Part shown: one piece after another, positions 54,096 through 63,200 of the stretch
Layout: each line of letters starts with the position of its first letter
Numbering within the stretch: position 1 is the stretch's first letter
DNA from: an uncultured Planctomycetales bacterium
Lineage (GTDB): Bacteria > Planctomycetota > Phycisphaerae > UBA1845 > JAFGLZ01
Assembly: GCA_964596165.1 (NCBI GenBank)
Contig: CAZQTW010000007.1
Location: 73,496-137,495 of the forward strand
Length of the DNA: 64,000 nucleotides
Direction of reading: 5' to 3'
Position numbers and translations under genes: made by a program
The notes under the pieces: generated by a model
Told to the model about the DNA's origin: nothing
Databases searched by the model: none
What the model saw: only the letters and a program-made list of their open reading frames with translations

Positions 54096-55703
54096 TCAGG
54101 GTGTGACCAGGATGGTCCCCAGGATGTTAACGCCCTGCGGACCGGCACCGTCCGTCCACCATGGAACATCACGATTGGCGACGCGTATCGCGTAGCGGGC
54201 GTCGTTCTTCAACACCTCCGCCGAGTCTGGCAGCCACAGGCCGATCAGATAGGCACCCGGCTTCAGCCCACCCATCGCACCGAAAGATGATGTGACAGTG
54301 TGTGTGATCGGGGCGAAGTCGCGATCGCCGGGCGTATGGGGCTGCCATGTTCGCGGATCGGCGTCGGTAGACTGAATTCGTGCAATCTCGCCCGCCGCAC
54401 TGATGAGCACAAAACAGACCTTGCGAGGATTGTGAAGAACGCTGAACCCACGGTTGATCAGGGCAACCTCGACCGGCAGCGTGCCGGCTCTCGACACGGT
54501 ACGGGGAAACCGCGCACGCTGCAGCTCGATGCGATAGCCCAAGTGATCGCGGATGTACTCGAATGGCGTCCGCTCCACCGACCTTCCCTCGGCGTCCTCG
54601 AAGTAGCCGTCGGAGATAGGCAGCTTCGCCTCCTTGACCTGCTCGATTCGCAACGGGGTCCTCATCCACACGTCGATGCCGTAAGGCTTGCCTTCCTGCC
54701 CCGAATAGCTGTGCGCCAGGCTGAAGGAGCTGTAGTGATGGAGTCGCATACGAACCGCCGCCTTGAATCCGTCGACCCGGCCGTTGATGTCGGACCAGAA
54801 GAGTTCGCCGTCCACCGGCACGAAGGGGCACTCATTCGTCATATAGTCGAATTCGGGATTGCCCGGGTTTGCGTACCGTGGGGGCTCGGTCCACGTGCCG
54901 CCGTCCGTCTTGCCGGCCAGGAAACCGTCGTTGTGGAAACCGATTCGCGCGGCCGGCGCCGGGGTGAACGCCGTCTTGGCATCGATGATCCGGAAGGCGT
55001 TCAGCGGCGCCTCGCTGAGGACCCGGCGCTTGTACTTCGGCACCCGCACCTGCGTCATGCGATCGGTCGGCAACACGTCGAGGACTTTGGCCATGATGAC
55101 CGAAAGATGTGCGGGATTCCGCTCAATCCCCTTGGCGGAACTATGCCACTCTCCCCAGGCGCCGACAAACCCCGCCTGCATCACGTGGATCACATCCGTG
55201 TTCTTCCGGATGGTCGGTGCAAGTTGATCGATGTGTTTCAGGATGGTCGACAGGTCGGGGCCCGCCTTTCGGTCCATGTCTTTTTCGTAGGCGAACCGGA
55301 GCACGGCCTTCAGTCCGGCCTTGCGGAGGGCATCAAACCCGCGTTGCAGGCATTGCAGCTTCTCCTCGCTGATCACCGTCGGGGACGGGTCAAGATAGCA
55401 GTAGGCCTGGACCAGCGTCAGGCCGAAGGGTTCATAGCGTCGGGCATCCAGCAGCCACCACTGGTCGGTAAACGACGCCGGCAGACGGCCCTTCAGGTGA
55501 GCGACCTCCCGGTAGAAGGAAGATCCGTTCGGTTCGGCGAAGACGGCCTCTGTTCGCAGGCCCCGCTCCGGGTTACGGAGCCCAAGCGCGCCGCCCGGGT
55601 CGGTCGGCCGGATGCCGTGAAATCGGACCTCCTGAACCTGCGCCTGCTCGGCGACCGCCGGAGCGCCGAGCAAAAGTGCCGACGCGATAATGAGTGCCCT
55701 CAT
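54096..55703 (-). CDS. Secreted DUF4874/DUF4832-like glycosidase-like protein
   Basis: ATG at 55703 gives signal peptide MRALIIASALLLGAPAVA. Motifs are LRNPERGLR, QAGFVGAWGEWH and FHNDGF. Confidence 0.7.
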   Translation of the reverse strand: MRALIIASALLLGAPAVAEQAQVQEVRFHGIRPTDPGGALGLRNPERGLRTEAVFAEPNGSSFYREVAHLKGRLPASFTDQWWLLDARRYEPFGLTLVQAYCYLDPSPTVISEEKLQCLQRGFDALRKAGLKAVLRFAYEKDMDRKAGPDLSTILKHIDQLAPTIRKNTDVIHVMQAGFVGAWGEWHSSAKGIERNPAHLSVIMAKVLDVLPTDRMTQVRVPKYKRRVLSEAPLNAFRIIDAKTAFTPAPAARIGFHNDGFLAGKTDGGTWTEPPRYANPGNPEFDYMTNECPFVPVDGELFWSDINGRVDGFKAAVRMRLHHYSSFSLAHSYSGQEGKPYGIDVWMRTPLRIEQVKEAKLPISDGYFEDAEGRSVERTPFEYIRDHLGYRIELQRARFPRTVSRAGTLPVEVALINRGFSVLHNPRKVCFVLISAAGEIARIQSTDADPRTWQPHTPGDRDFAPITHTVTSSFGAMGGLKPGAYLIGLWLPDSAEVLKNDARYAIRVANRDVPWWTDGAGPQGVNILGTILVTP

Positions 55704-55871
55704 GTGAAGCTCCGTGCGAACAGAACCGCGAAAAATCGCGTTCTCCACGTCGGACCGCTCAAGCCCATCCTCGGCCATCTCCTCTTCGGCATGCGACGAC
55801 AAGTAGTAATCGCGGCTGCGTATCTTCTGTCGGATTTTATCGAGCGCTGGCACGGACACCCTTCCCATCAC
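55704..55871 (-). pseudogene. DUF4258-like toxin N-terminal remnant, in frame with the downstream gene
   Basis: The 56 codons upstream of the signal peptide read ...LDKIRQKIRSRDYYLSSHAEEEMAEDGLERSDVENAIFRGSV. They match the S-x-HA-x3-M-x4-I/L-x3-DV-x3-I pattern of DUF4258 N-termini, but the remainder of the domain is missing. Confidence 0.35.
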
Positions 55872-55873
55872 GG

Positions 55874-56344
55874 CTACGAACGACAGATTCGACCGTCGTG
55901 CTCCACGCGATTGGACGGACTCACGAGTCCGGCTTGGCTTTCGCGACAGAGCTCAACGTATGAGAAGACATCCTTGAGATCCTTCTTGGCCCGTTCTCCC
56001 AGATCTACCCGAACCTCTCCTCGTTGCTTCCATTCCTCATAGACCGTTGCGACCCGCCCCCGGTGCTCGCCTACCCGAATCTGGACGACATCGCCGTTGC
56101 GAAACGGTGCGCCGTTGATCCTTGCTAGGATATGCCACAGAGCACGAAGGAAGACCCATGTGCTCACCACACCGCAAGCTGCCCCCATCACGATTGTGCC
56201 ACATTCTGCGTGGTCTGCATCACCTCTCGTGACAAACAAGATACCGGCGTAGAGTGAACCCCCCCAGAAGGCGAGTGTCCACGGCCAACGCTGGGCCAGA
56301 AACCGCTGCACGCCTGAAGGTCTGACCATTCCTGCCCACCCCAT
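55874..56344 (-). CDS. Hypothetical membrane protein with a C-terminal KOW/SH3-like segment
   Basis: Two hydrophobic helices, then NGDVVQIRVGEHRGRVATVYEEWKQRGEVRVDLG. No family recognised. Confidence 0.4.
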   Translation of the reverse strand: MGWAGMVRPSGVQRFLAQRWPWTLAFWGGSLYAGILFVTRGDADHAECGTIVMGAACGVVSTWVFLRALWHILARINGAPFRNGDVVQIRVGEHRGRVATVYEEWKQRGEVRVDLGERAKKDLKDVFSYVELCRESQAGLVSPSNRVEHDGRICRS

Positions 56345-56377
56345 CGCGAGACGGACCTGTCCTGCTCCGCGGTGGCT

Positions 56378-58711
56378 TTACCGGCGTCCGCCACCACGAA
56401 AGCCGGCACCACCGCCGCTCCGGAAGCTGCCGCTCCCAGGGCTGCTGCTGTACCGCTGGAAGCTGTCGGTCCGGTAAGCGCCCCTGTCGCGGGCATAGGA
56501 CTGCCGGTCCAGGTCGGCGCGGCCCGCGGAATAGCCGCCGGCGACGTAGGACGGACGTCCCTGCGGAGCGGACCTCTGAAATCCGGTGTCGGATGGTCTG
56601 CGCGCCGGTGTCGCGCGATCGATACCGGATTGCACTCTCTGACCTCCCAAATCCGTCCGGGACCAGTTGTTGCCGGTTCGCCGCTGCCAGCCTTCCTCGG
56701 TGCGACGATAGACATTGCCGTTGCGGTCCGCATAGACATCGTTGGCCAAACCGGATTGGACGGTTCGAACCGGAGCGCCTCCCAGCCGGGTCGGCTGACC
56801 CGTGCCGGATCGAACGGAAGCATCCAAATGCCTCCCCGCAACTGAACGGTCCGCACCAGCCGGCCTGAGGGCATTGCCATCGATGTTGCCGGGTCGGTTA
56901 TAGATGTTCTGACGGTGCTCGACGGCCCATCGGTTGTTCATATCGATCCTGTTGATGCCCACCCCACCCCGAACGGAGGGCATAGGATGCAGACCACCGT
57001 GGCCCCACCATCCGTGCCCCCAGACGCCGCCGGCGGCCCAGAAGCCCTGGTAGAACTTGCCGTCGCGGTAGCCGAAGGCCACCCATCCGTTGGGACCCGC
57101 GTAGCCGGCACGGACTCCCCAATTCCCCGTGAACGGGTTGTAGTGGAAGCCAAAACCCCATGTCGCCGGCCGCGGATAGTAGACCGCGCCGTACCAGCCC
57201 GGATAGTAAAAGCCGGTGCCGTAGACGACGGTACCGTAGAACGGATAACAGCCCACATAACCCGGCGTATACCCCACGAAGACATACTCCGGCGTCGACT
57301 CGTACACCTGCACGTACTTCACCGGGTAAACCGGGCACTCCGGCGGAAGGGTGTAGATGACCTGCGGGACCGAATCACAGACAATCCACGGGCCCGTCGC
57401 GACATCGGCAACGAACCAAACCCCTTCGTTGCAGCAGTAGTATCTGCTTCCCACCCGGATCACGTCGCTCGCGCTGTTCTCGGCGTATTCCATCTCCGTG
57501 CCTGCGATCGCCTTGAAGCGGGGCGCGCCGTCGTAATCGACCTTAAGCGTGGCCTTCTTGCGTTCAATCCGAGCGGTCTGAGGGATGTAGGTCTCCTGGA
57601 CGGCCTCCTCCGCTTCGTCCGTGCCCGCGACATGGGCACGGACGTACCCCTTCTCCGAGCCTGCCGGGATCTTCGCGAAATCGCCGGGAAGCTTGTCGGC
57701 CGGCACATAAGACCACGGTCCGTCCATCGATTTCGAGCTGTACCATCGCCCGGAGAGCAGCACGAAACAGTGCTGTGAGGCAATCTCCATGAATACATCG
57801 CTCTCCGTGTTGCTCATGTACAGGAGGCCCGTGTCGGCAATGGGGGAGTATTGGGGTTCACCGTCCGAACTGATGAGTTCCGTCGGCTCGGTGGCCACGA
57901 TGATCTGAGGCATACCGCCCGCTTTTGAGAATCGCTCATCACTCGCCGGCGCCGCATCGGCTTCCTTGGTCACCAGTGCGGTAATCGACGACGGGGGGTT
58001 GTCTGCCACCCGCCAGGGTCCGTTGATGTCCTTAGCGACGAACCAGTCGTCTCCGCCCCTGAGGTAATATGATTTGCTTTCCGGCTCCAAGAGGATCAGG
58101 AAGGGCGTGTTGACGACCCGCATGACCTTGGAATGCTCAACTCCGCGAAGCGCGGGTCTCCCATCGATCAGGACCAGGACGGCCGGGTGCTTGACGAAGA
58201 GGATCTTCGGCGGCTTGGTGTTCAACTGGTCCGCGGCGGCCTTCTCCTGGTCGGCCAGCTTGAGGGCGGTCAGAATGCGGTCGAGCGAGACCGGGTGAGC
58301 CTGCTTGGTCAGCTCGGTCTGGAGGACGCGGCCAAGCTTCTCTCGCTGTTCCGGCGTGGTGTTTGGGAACTTGGCCTCCGCAACCTCCAGGTCTACCAGT
58401 GTGACCATTCGGCTGTCGCGATCGGTCTCGACCTTGCACTTGAACCATGCGGCTCCAAAGACGGGGTCGGTGGCTCCCTTCGGCGTCACGGAGACGGCGG
58501 CCCGTGCGGTCAGCTTGTTTCCCGCAAAAGACTCGAGCTGGGGTTGATACACGACGATTTCGGCCTCGGGCGCATCAATCTCACGTGGCCACCTCGGCTC
58601 GCCGGCCTCTTCCTGATCTTCCGCGAGCGTCCGGACGGGCAACGGCAGAATACTCGCGCCTGCAATCAGCACACAGATACCCAGGTGAGTGCGAAATCGG
58701 TCCGGCAACAT
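56378..58711 (-). CDS. Large secreted protein with a Gly/Tyr/Trp-rich region and an RGG-type C-terminal tail
   Basis: ATG at 58711 is preceded by AGGAGA, and the N-terminus is a signal peptide. The C-terminal third is low complexity (YGTGFYYPGWYGAVYYP..., WGHGWWGHGG, ...GGGAGFRGGGRR). Confidence 0.6.
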   Translation of the reverse strand: MLPDRFRTHLGICVLIAGASILPLPVRTLAEDQEEAGEPRWPREIDAPEAEIVVYQPQLESFAGNKLTARAAVSVTPKGATDPVFGAAWFKCKVETDRDSRMVTLVDLEVAEAKFPNTTPEQREKLGRVLQTELTKQAHPVSLDRILTALKLADQEKAAADQLNTKPPKILFVKHPAVLVLIDGRPALRGVEHSKVMRVVNTPFLILLEPESKSYYLRGGDDWFVAKDINGPWRVADNPPSSITALVTKEADAAPASDERFSKAGGMPQIIVATEPTELISSDGEPQYSPIADTGLLYMSNTESDVFMEIASQHCFVLLSGRWYSSKSMDGPWSYVPADKLPGDFAKIPAGSEKGYVRAHVAGTDEAEEAVQETYIPQTARIERKKATLKVDYDGAPRFKAIAGTEMEYAENSASDVIRVGSRYYCCNEGVWFVADVATGPWIVCDSVPQVIYTLPPECPVYPVKYVQVYESTPEYVFVGYTPGYVGCYPFYGTVVYGTGFYYPGWYGAVYYPRPATWGFGFHYNPFTGNWGVRAGYAGPNGWVAFGYRDGKFYQGFWAAGGVWGHGWWGHGGLHPMPSVRGGVGINRIDMNNRWAVEHRQNIYNRPGNIDGNALRPAGADRSVAGRHLDASVRSGTGQPTRLGGAPVRTVQSGLANDVYADRNGNVYRRTEEGWQRRTGNNWSRTDLGGQRVQSGIDRATPARRPSDTGFQRSAPQGRPSYVAGGYSAGRADLDRQSYARDRGAYRTDSFQRYSSSPGSGSFRSGGGAGFRGGGRR

Positions 58712-58828
58712 GGCCTCTCCTGTCTCTGTTTGAGTTGTCGGCAAGTCGCTCGTGACGTGACGCAAATGCATATCCCGCGGGTTCAGATTCTCGTAAGACT
58801 GCAAGACACGCGGTCCTGCGATTCGCCC

Positions 58829-60103
58829 CTATGCCACGGCGTCCTTTCGTTGCCCGGCGAACGGGCAATGGTAGTGCCCGACCGGGGCCGTGACCTTCAG
58901 ACGCTGCGGGTTGAACGGGAAGGTCGCCTTATCTATCGCCAATCCGCGGACCTCGATCCGCTTCGGATCGATCACCCCCGCGCCCGCCGAGGCCAACAGC
59001 TTCAAGTGGTTGTCGCCCTGGAAGGGGAACTGATTGTGATCGGCCTGCGGGTCGTACCCCATGACGGCGGTGCAGATCGCGTCGGTGCAGACGCCGTTGC
59101 GTCCGGCAAAAATCAGTTTCGGTTGAACCGGTGCGACCCCCGGGATCCATGGCCCTTCGCCGCCGCGATTCGTCTCGATGCCGTCGATGATCGCCAAGTC
59201 GCAAGGACGCGCCAGGTACAGATCCGCGGTGATCGCCGGAATGCGATGCTGCCACTGGCCCGCCGGCCATCCGCGATCCAGTTCGGCCGGGACGCCCGCG
59301 GGGGGCCTGCTCTTGCCTTCATGGAAGATCTGAATGCGGGCTTTCAAGCTGTTCTCGTTCGGGGCATCGTCACCGTAGAGCGACTGCGGTGTGATTCCGA
59401 AGAGGTTCTTGGCGGTCAGGGTCACGCCGGCGCAGGCGTGGTCCTTCATCTTGCTCAAGGAGACGAAGACGTCGGTCTTCTCATACGCCTGGCTGAGATC
59501 GAAGGCCGGATAGGCAAAACCGCCGTCGGGGACGACGAATCGGCTGTACGTGGGGAACGGACCTCGGTTCCGCGTATCGATGAACTCCACGCGGTTCCCG
59601 CCGGCCGACCTGATGGCCTGCACGTCCCAGCCCCAGCCGGCCAGGGTCTCCTCGCACGGCTTGAGGCTGTACTGGCTTTCCACCACGACGATTCGCCTGG
59701 CCCCGTTGTCGTGGAGCGCGGCGCACAAGGCGGCCAGGGCCTTGGGATGCGAGTGATAGGTCCGGTACGGCTCCAACCCGCCGATCTTGCCCGCCTGGCC
59801 GCCCGTCAGGTTCAGCTTCACCGTCACCGCCTTGTTCTCGACCAACTTGCGGATCCCGCCGATCAACTCGAAGGCCTCGTCCAACGCGCGGCGCAGGAGC
59901 TGCGGCTCGTACGACTCGCACCGTTGGATCGCCACGGGCAGGCTCGGCGCTCGGCCCGACCGGTCCGGCCGCACGGCCGCTTGCCGGGCCGATGGCTGTG
60001 CCGCCCGTGCAAACGGCAAACCGCCGCCGGCAATCAGGCCGGCCGCTCCCAGGCCGCGGGTCAACAGATCGCGTCGCGTCAGTCGATCGGTCATGATAGA
60101 CAT
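58829..60103 (-). CDS. Tat-exported DUF362-domain protein
   Basis: Twin-arginine signal LTRRDLLTRGLGAAGL. DUF362-like motifs are VTVKLNLTGG and MKDHACAGVTLTAKNLFGITP. Confidence 0.75.
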   Translation of the reverse strand: MSIMTDRLTRRDLLTRGLGAAGLIAGGGLPFARAAQPSARQAAVRPDRSGRAPSLPVAIQRCESYEPQLLRRALDEAFELIGGIRKLVENKAVTVKLNLTGGQAGKIGGLEPYRTYHSHPKALAALCAALHDNGARRIVVVESQYSLKPCEETLAGWGWDVQAIRSAGGNRVEFIDTRNRGPFPTYSRFVVPDGGFAYPAFDLSQAYEKTDVFVSLSKMKDHACAGVTLTAKNLFGITPQSLYGDDAPNENSLKARIQIFHEGKSRPPAGVPAELDRGWPAGQWQHRIPAITADLYLARPCDLAIIDGIETNRGGEGPWIPGVAPVQPKLIFAGRNGVCTDAICTAVMGYDPQADHNQFPFQGDNHLKLLASAGAGVIDPKRIEVRGLAIDKATFPFNPQRLKVTAPVGHYHCPFAGQRKDAVA

Positions 60104-60208
60104 AGTCTCCCAAAATCAGGCAGCCTGAGGCACCGTCCCGTTCTGCGTCATTCTACTGGGACACGCCGCTTGGATGCCAGCGCAACGGGCGGACCGGCGA
60201 TTCGACGA

Positions 60209-63200
60209 TCAACCCACCGTCACCTGTACGGCGTGTTCAAGGTGGTCATCCACCATATGGATACCCAGATCAGGGACGTCCTCTCCGTCGACCGTGACCC
60301 GGCGAACGGTACGCGTGTTGGGACCCTCGACGATCACCTCAATGTGGTACATCGTCCCGTGGAAACGGTAGTGGACACGGAATTGCTGCCATGTCGGCGG
60401 TAACAACGGTTCGATTCGCAGTATGTCCGCCTCCCGACGGATCCCGAGCAGACTCTCCTGCAGCAAACGGTACATCCATGACGCCGAGCCGGTGTACCAG
60501 GTCCACCCCCCACGGCCTTCGTGCCCCTTCAACGTGTAAACATCCGCGGCGACAACATACGGTTCGACCTTGTACGCGTTGACGTGCTCGGGCGTGTCGC
60601 CGTGCCGCACCGGGTTGATCAGATCGAATAGCCGCCAAGCCTGCTCGGCATCCCCCAGGTCGGCAAAGGCCATGGCCGCCCAGACCGCGGCGTGGGTGTA
60701 TTGGCCGCCGTTCTCGCGCACGCCCGGAGGATAGCCGCGGATATACCCCGGATCGCACGTCCGACCCTCGAACGGCGGGTCCAATAACCGGATCAGCCGA
60801 AGCGACGGATCCACAAGATGCTCCAGAACCGCCTGCATGGCCATCCGGGCTCGCCCCGGATCCCCCGCGCGGCTGAGCACGGACCAGGCCTGCGGAAGCA
60901 CATCAATGCGACATTCGCTGTTCTGCCCCGAACCCAATGGCTCACCGTCGTCAAAATACGCCCGACGGTACCACCGACCGTCCCATCCGTGCGCCTCAAT
61001 GTTGTCCCTCAACGTGCAGGCCCACTCTTGGCACTCGTCGGCAAGGGCCTGGTCGTCCTTGCGACGTGCCAGGTCGGCAAATTCTTTCAGCACGTGATAG
61101 AGGAAGAACGCCAACCATACGCTTTCGCCGGTCCCCTTGATCCCCACGCGGTTCATCCCGTCGTTCCAGTCCCCGCAACCCATCAACGGCAACCCGTGGG
61201 GACCAAACCGCAGGCCGCGCCGCACGGCTCGTACGCAGTGCTCGTAGAGCGTCCCCTGCTCCTCCGCGACACTGGGAAGATCGTAAACCGATTCCTCGTC
61301 GGCCCTGGGCTGACGACCCTCAAGAAACGGAACCTTCTCATCCAGCACGCCGGTGTCGCCGACGATCTTCACGTACCGGCAGGTGGCCAGAGGCAACCAG
61401 AGAAAGTCGTCCGAAAAATGCGTGCGAACGCCTCGCCCCGTGGGCGGATGCCACCAGTGCTGCACATCGCCCTCGCGAAACTGCCGCCCCGCGGCCGTCA
61501 GAAGGTGTTGCCGAAGAAGCCAGGGGCATTCGTGCGCGAATGCCATCGCGTCCTGCAACTGGTCCCGGAATCCGAAGGCGCCGGCCGATTGGTAGTAGCC
61601 GCTCCGTCCCCAGAATCGGCACGCCAGCACCTGGTAAGGCAACCAGTGGTTGGCCATGAAATTGACCGACTCGTCGGGAGTCTCAACGTAGACGCCGCCA
61701 AGGACATGCTTCCAGTGCTCCCATACCGCCTCGAGTGCCTGTCGGGCTCCGCCGGTCCCGGCGAATCGGCCAAGCAACTCGCGGACATGCGATTCGTTGT
61801 GCCCGGCGCCCAAGGTAAACACGATCTGCCGTTGTTCGCCGGGAGGCAAGTCCAGATAACCCTGAATCGCACCGCACGGATCGAGTCCCGCCCCCACCCG
61901 ACTCGACAACTCCCGGCGATGCAGGGCGGCCGGATCTCTCAAGGAGTTGTTACGACCGATGAACTCCGTACGATCCGCGGTGAGGGAGCGGTCGGGCTCG
62001 CTGCACTGAAAGAACACCACCTTGTCCGGGAAATCCGAGGCGTAGGCGTTCGAGGCCAGAATCGCGCCCGACTGCGGATCGATGTGCGTCACGATGTGGG
62101 GAGCGTGCTTGTCCCGCATGTCCCCCAACACCCATTCCACAAAGCCGGTGGCGCTGACACGGACGGTTCGCTCGGTCGTGTTTCGAACGGTCAGAATCCA
62201 CAACCGCACGGGCGCGTCGACCCCAACCGTGGTGATCAGCTCGGTGAAGAGCCCCCTCTGTGCGTTCTCGAACGCCGAATACCCCAACCCGTGGCGGCAG
62301 ACATAATGCGTGTGACCCCGCGCGGGTTGAGGCGTCAGGGACCAGAATTCGCCGGTCTCCTCGTCCCTCAGGTAAAACGCCTCCCCCGCCATGTCGGTGG
62401 CGGGATCGTTGTACCAAGGCGTCAGACGGTACTCGTGCGCGTTCATGAACCACGTATACCCGCCGCCCGTCTCACTGACGACCGCGCCGAAGTCCGGATT
62501 CGCCAGCACGTTGACCCAAGGCGCCGGAGTCGTCGTCCCCGGCCGCAGCACGACAACATATTCGCGGCCGTCGGGTGTGAATCCCCCCAGGCCATTGAAG
62601 AAACGAAGATCCCGCGGCGGTAACTCCATTTCCGACGGCAAGGGGGCCTGCGGTCTACGCGTTCTCGCCAGCGGTGCCGTCCTCACCTCCGGGCGGCCAC
62701 GGCGATCGATCTGATCCGTCAGGCTCCCCGCTCGATCGCTAAGGAACACGCGGGCCACCGCTTGAAGCAAACGGCGATCCTCGTCCGGCAGTTGGTCGGT
62801 GCTGCGCACAAAAACGCCGCCGGGTTGATCGAGAACCTTCATCTCGGGACCGGCGTTGACCTCGCCCATAACCTGGTCCAGCAATGCCTGACGATACCCG
62901 CTGAAGGCATCACACCAGATGAACAAGTCCGTGCGGAGCCCCTTGTGACGCCAGTAGGCGTGCGCCTGTAGCGCCCGACGGACAAGCTCGAGCCCCTTCG
63001 GCTCCGTCACGTGCACCAGCGCGATGGGCAGGTCGCCCGAAACCCCGTACACCCACAACGCCGACTGCCCCCGACGGTTGCGGGCGATAACGCTGGACCC
63101 CGCCCGATGTCGGGGATTGGCGTACACAAGCGAGGCGGCCAGACGGCCGAAAAGCACGGCATCCGACTCGGTGATCCGCAACTGATGCTGCAGCACCTGG

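Noticed and set aside
54096-55871. The 591-aa ORF treated as one genuine protein.
   Set aside because: A signal peptide at residues 57-75 cannot function internally. The upstream 56 codons look like a truncated DUF4258 fragment, so the start at 55703 is preferred.
60818-62623. 601-aa plus-strand ORF opposite the GH94 gene.
   Set aside because: It is antisense to a gene with strong GH94 motifs, and its sequence is not protein-like.
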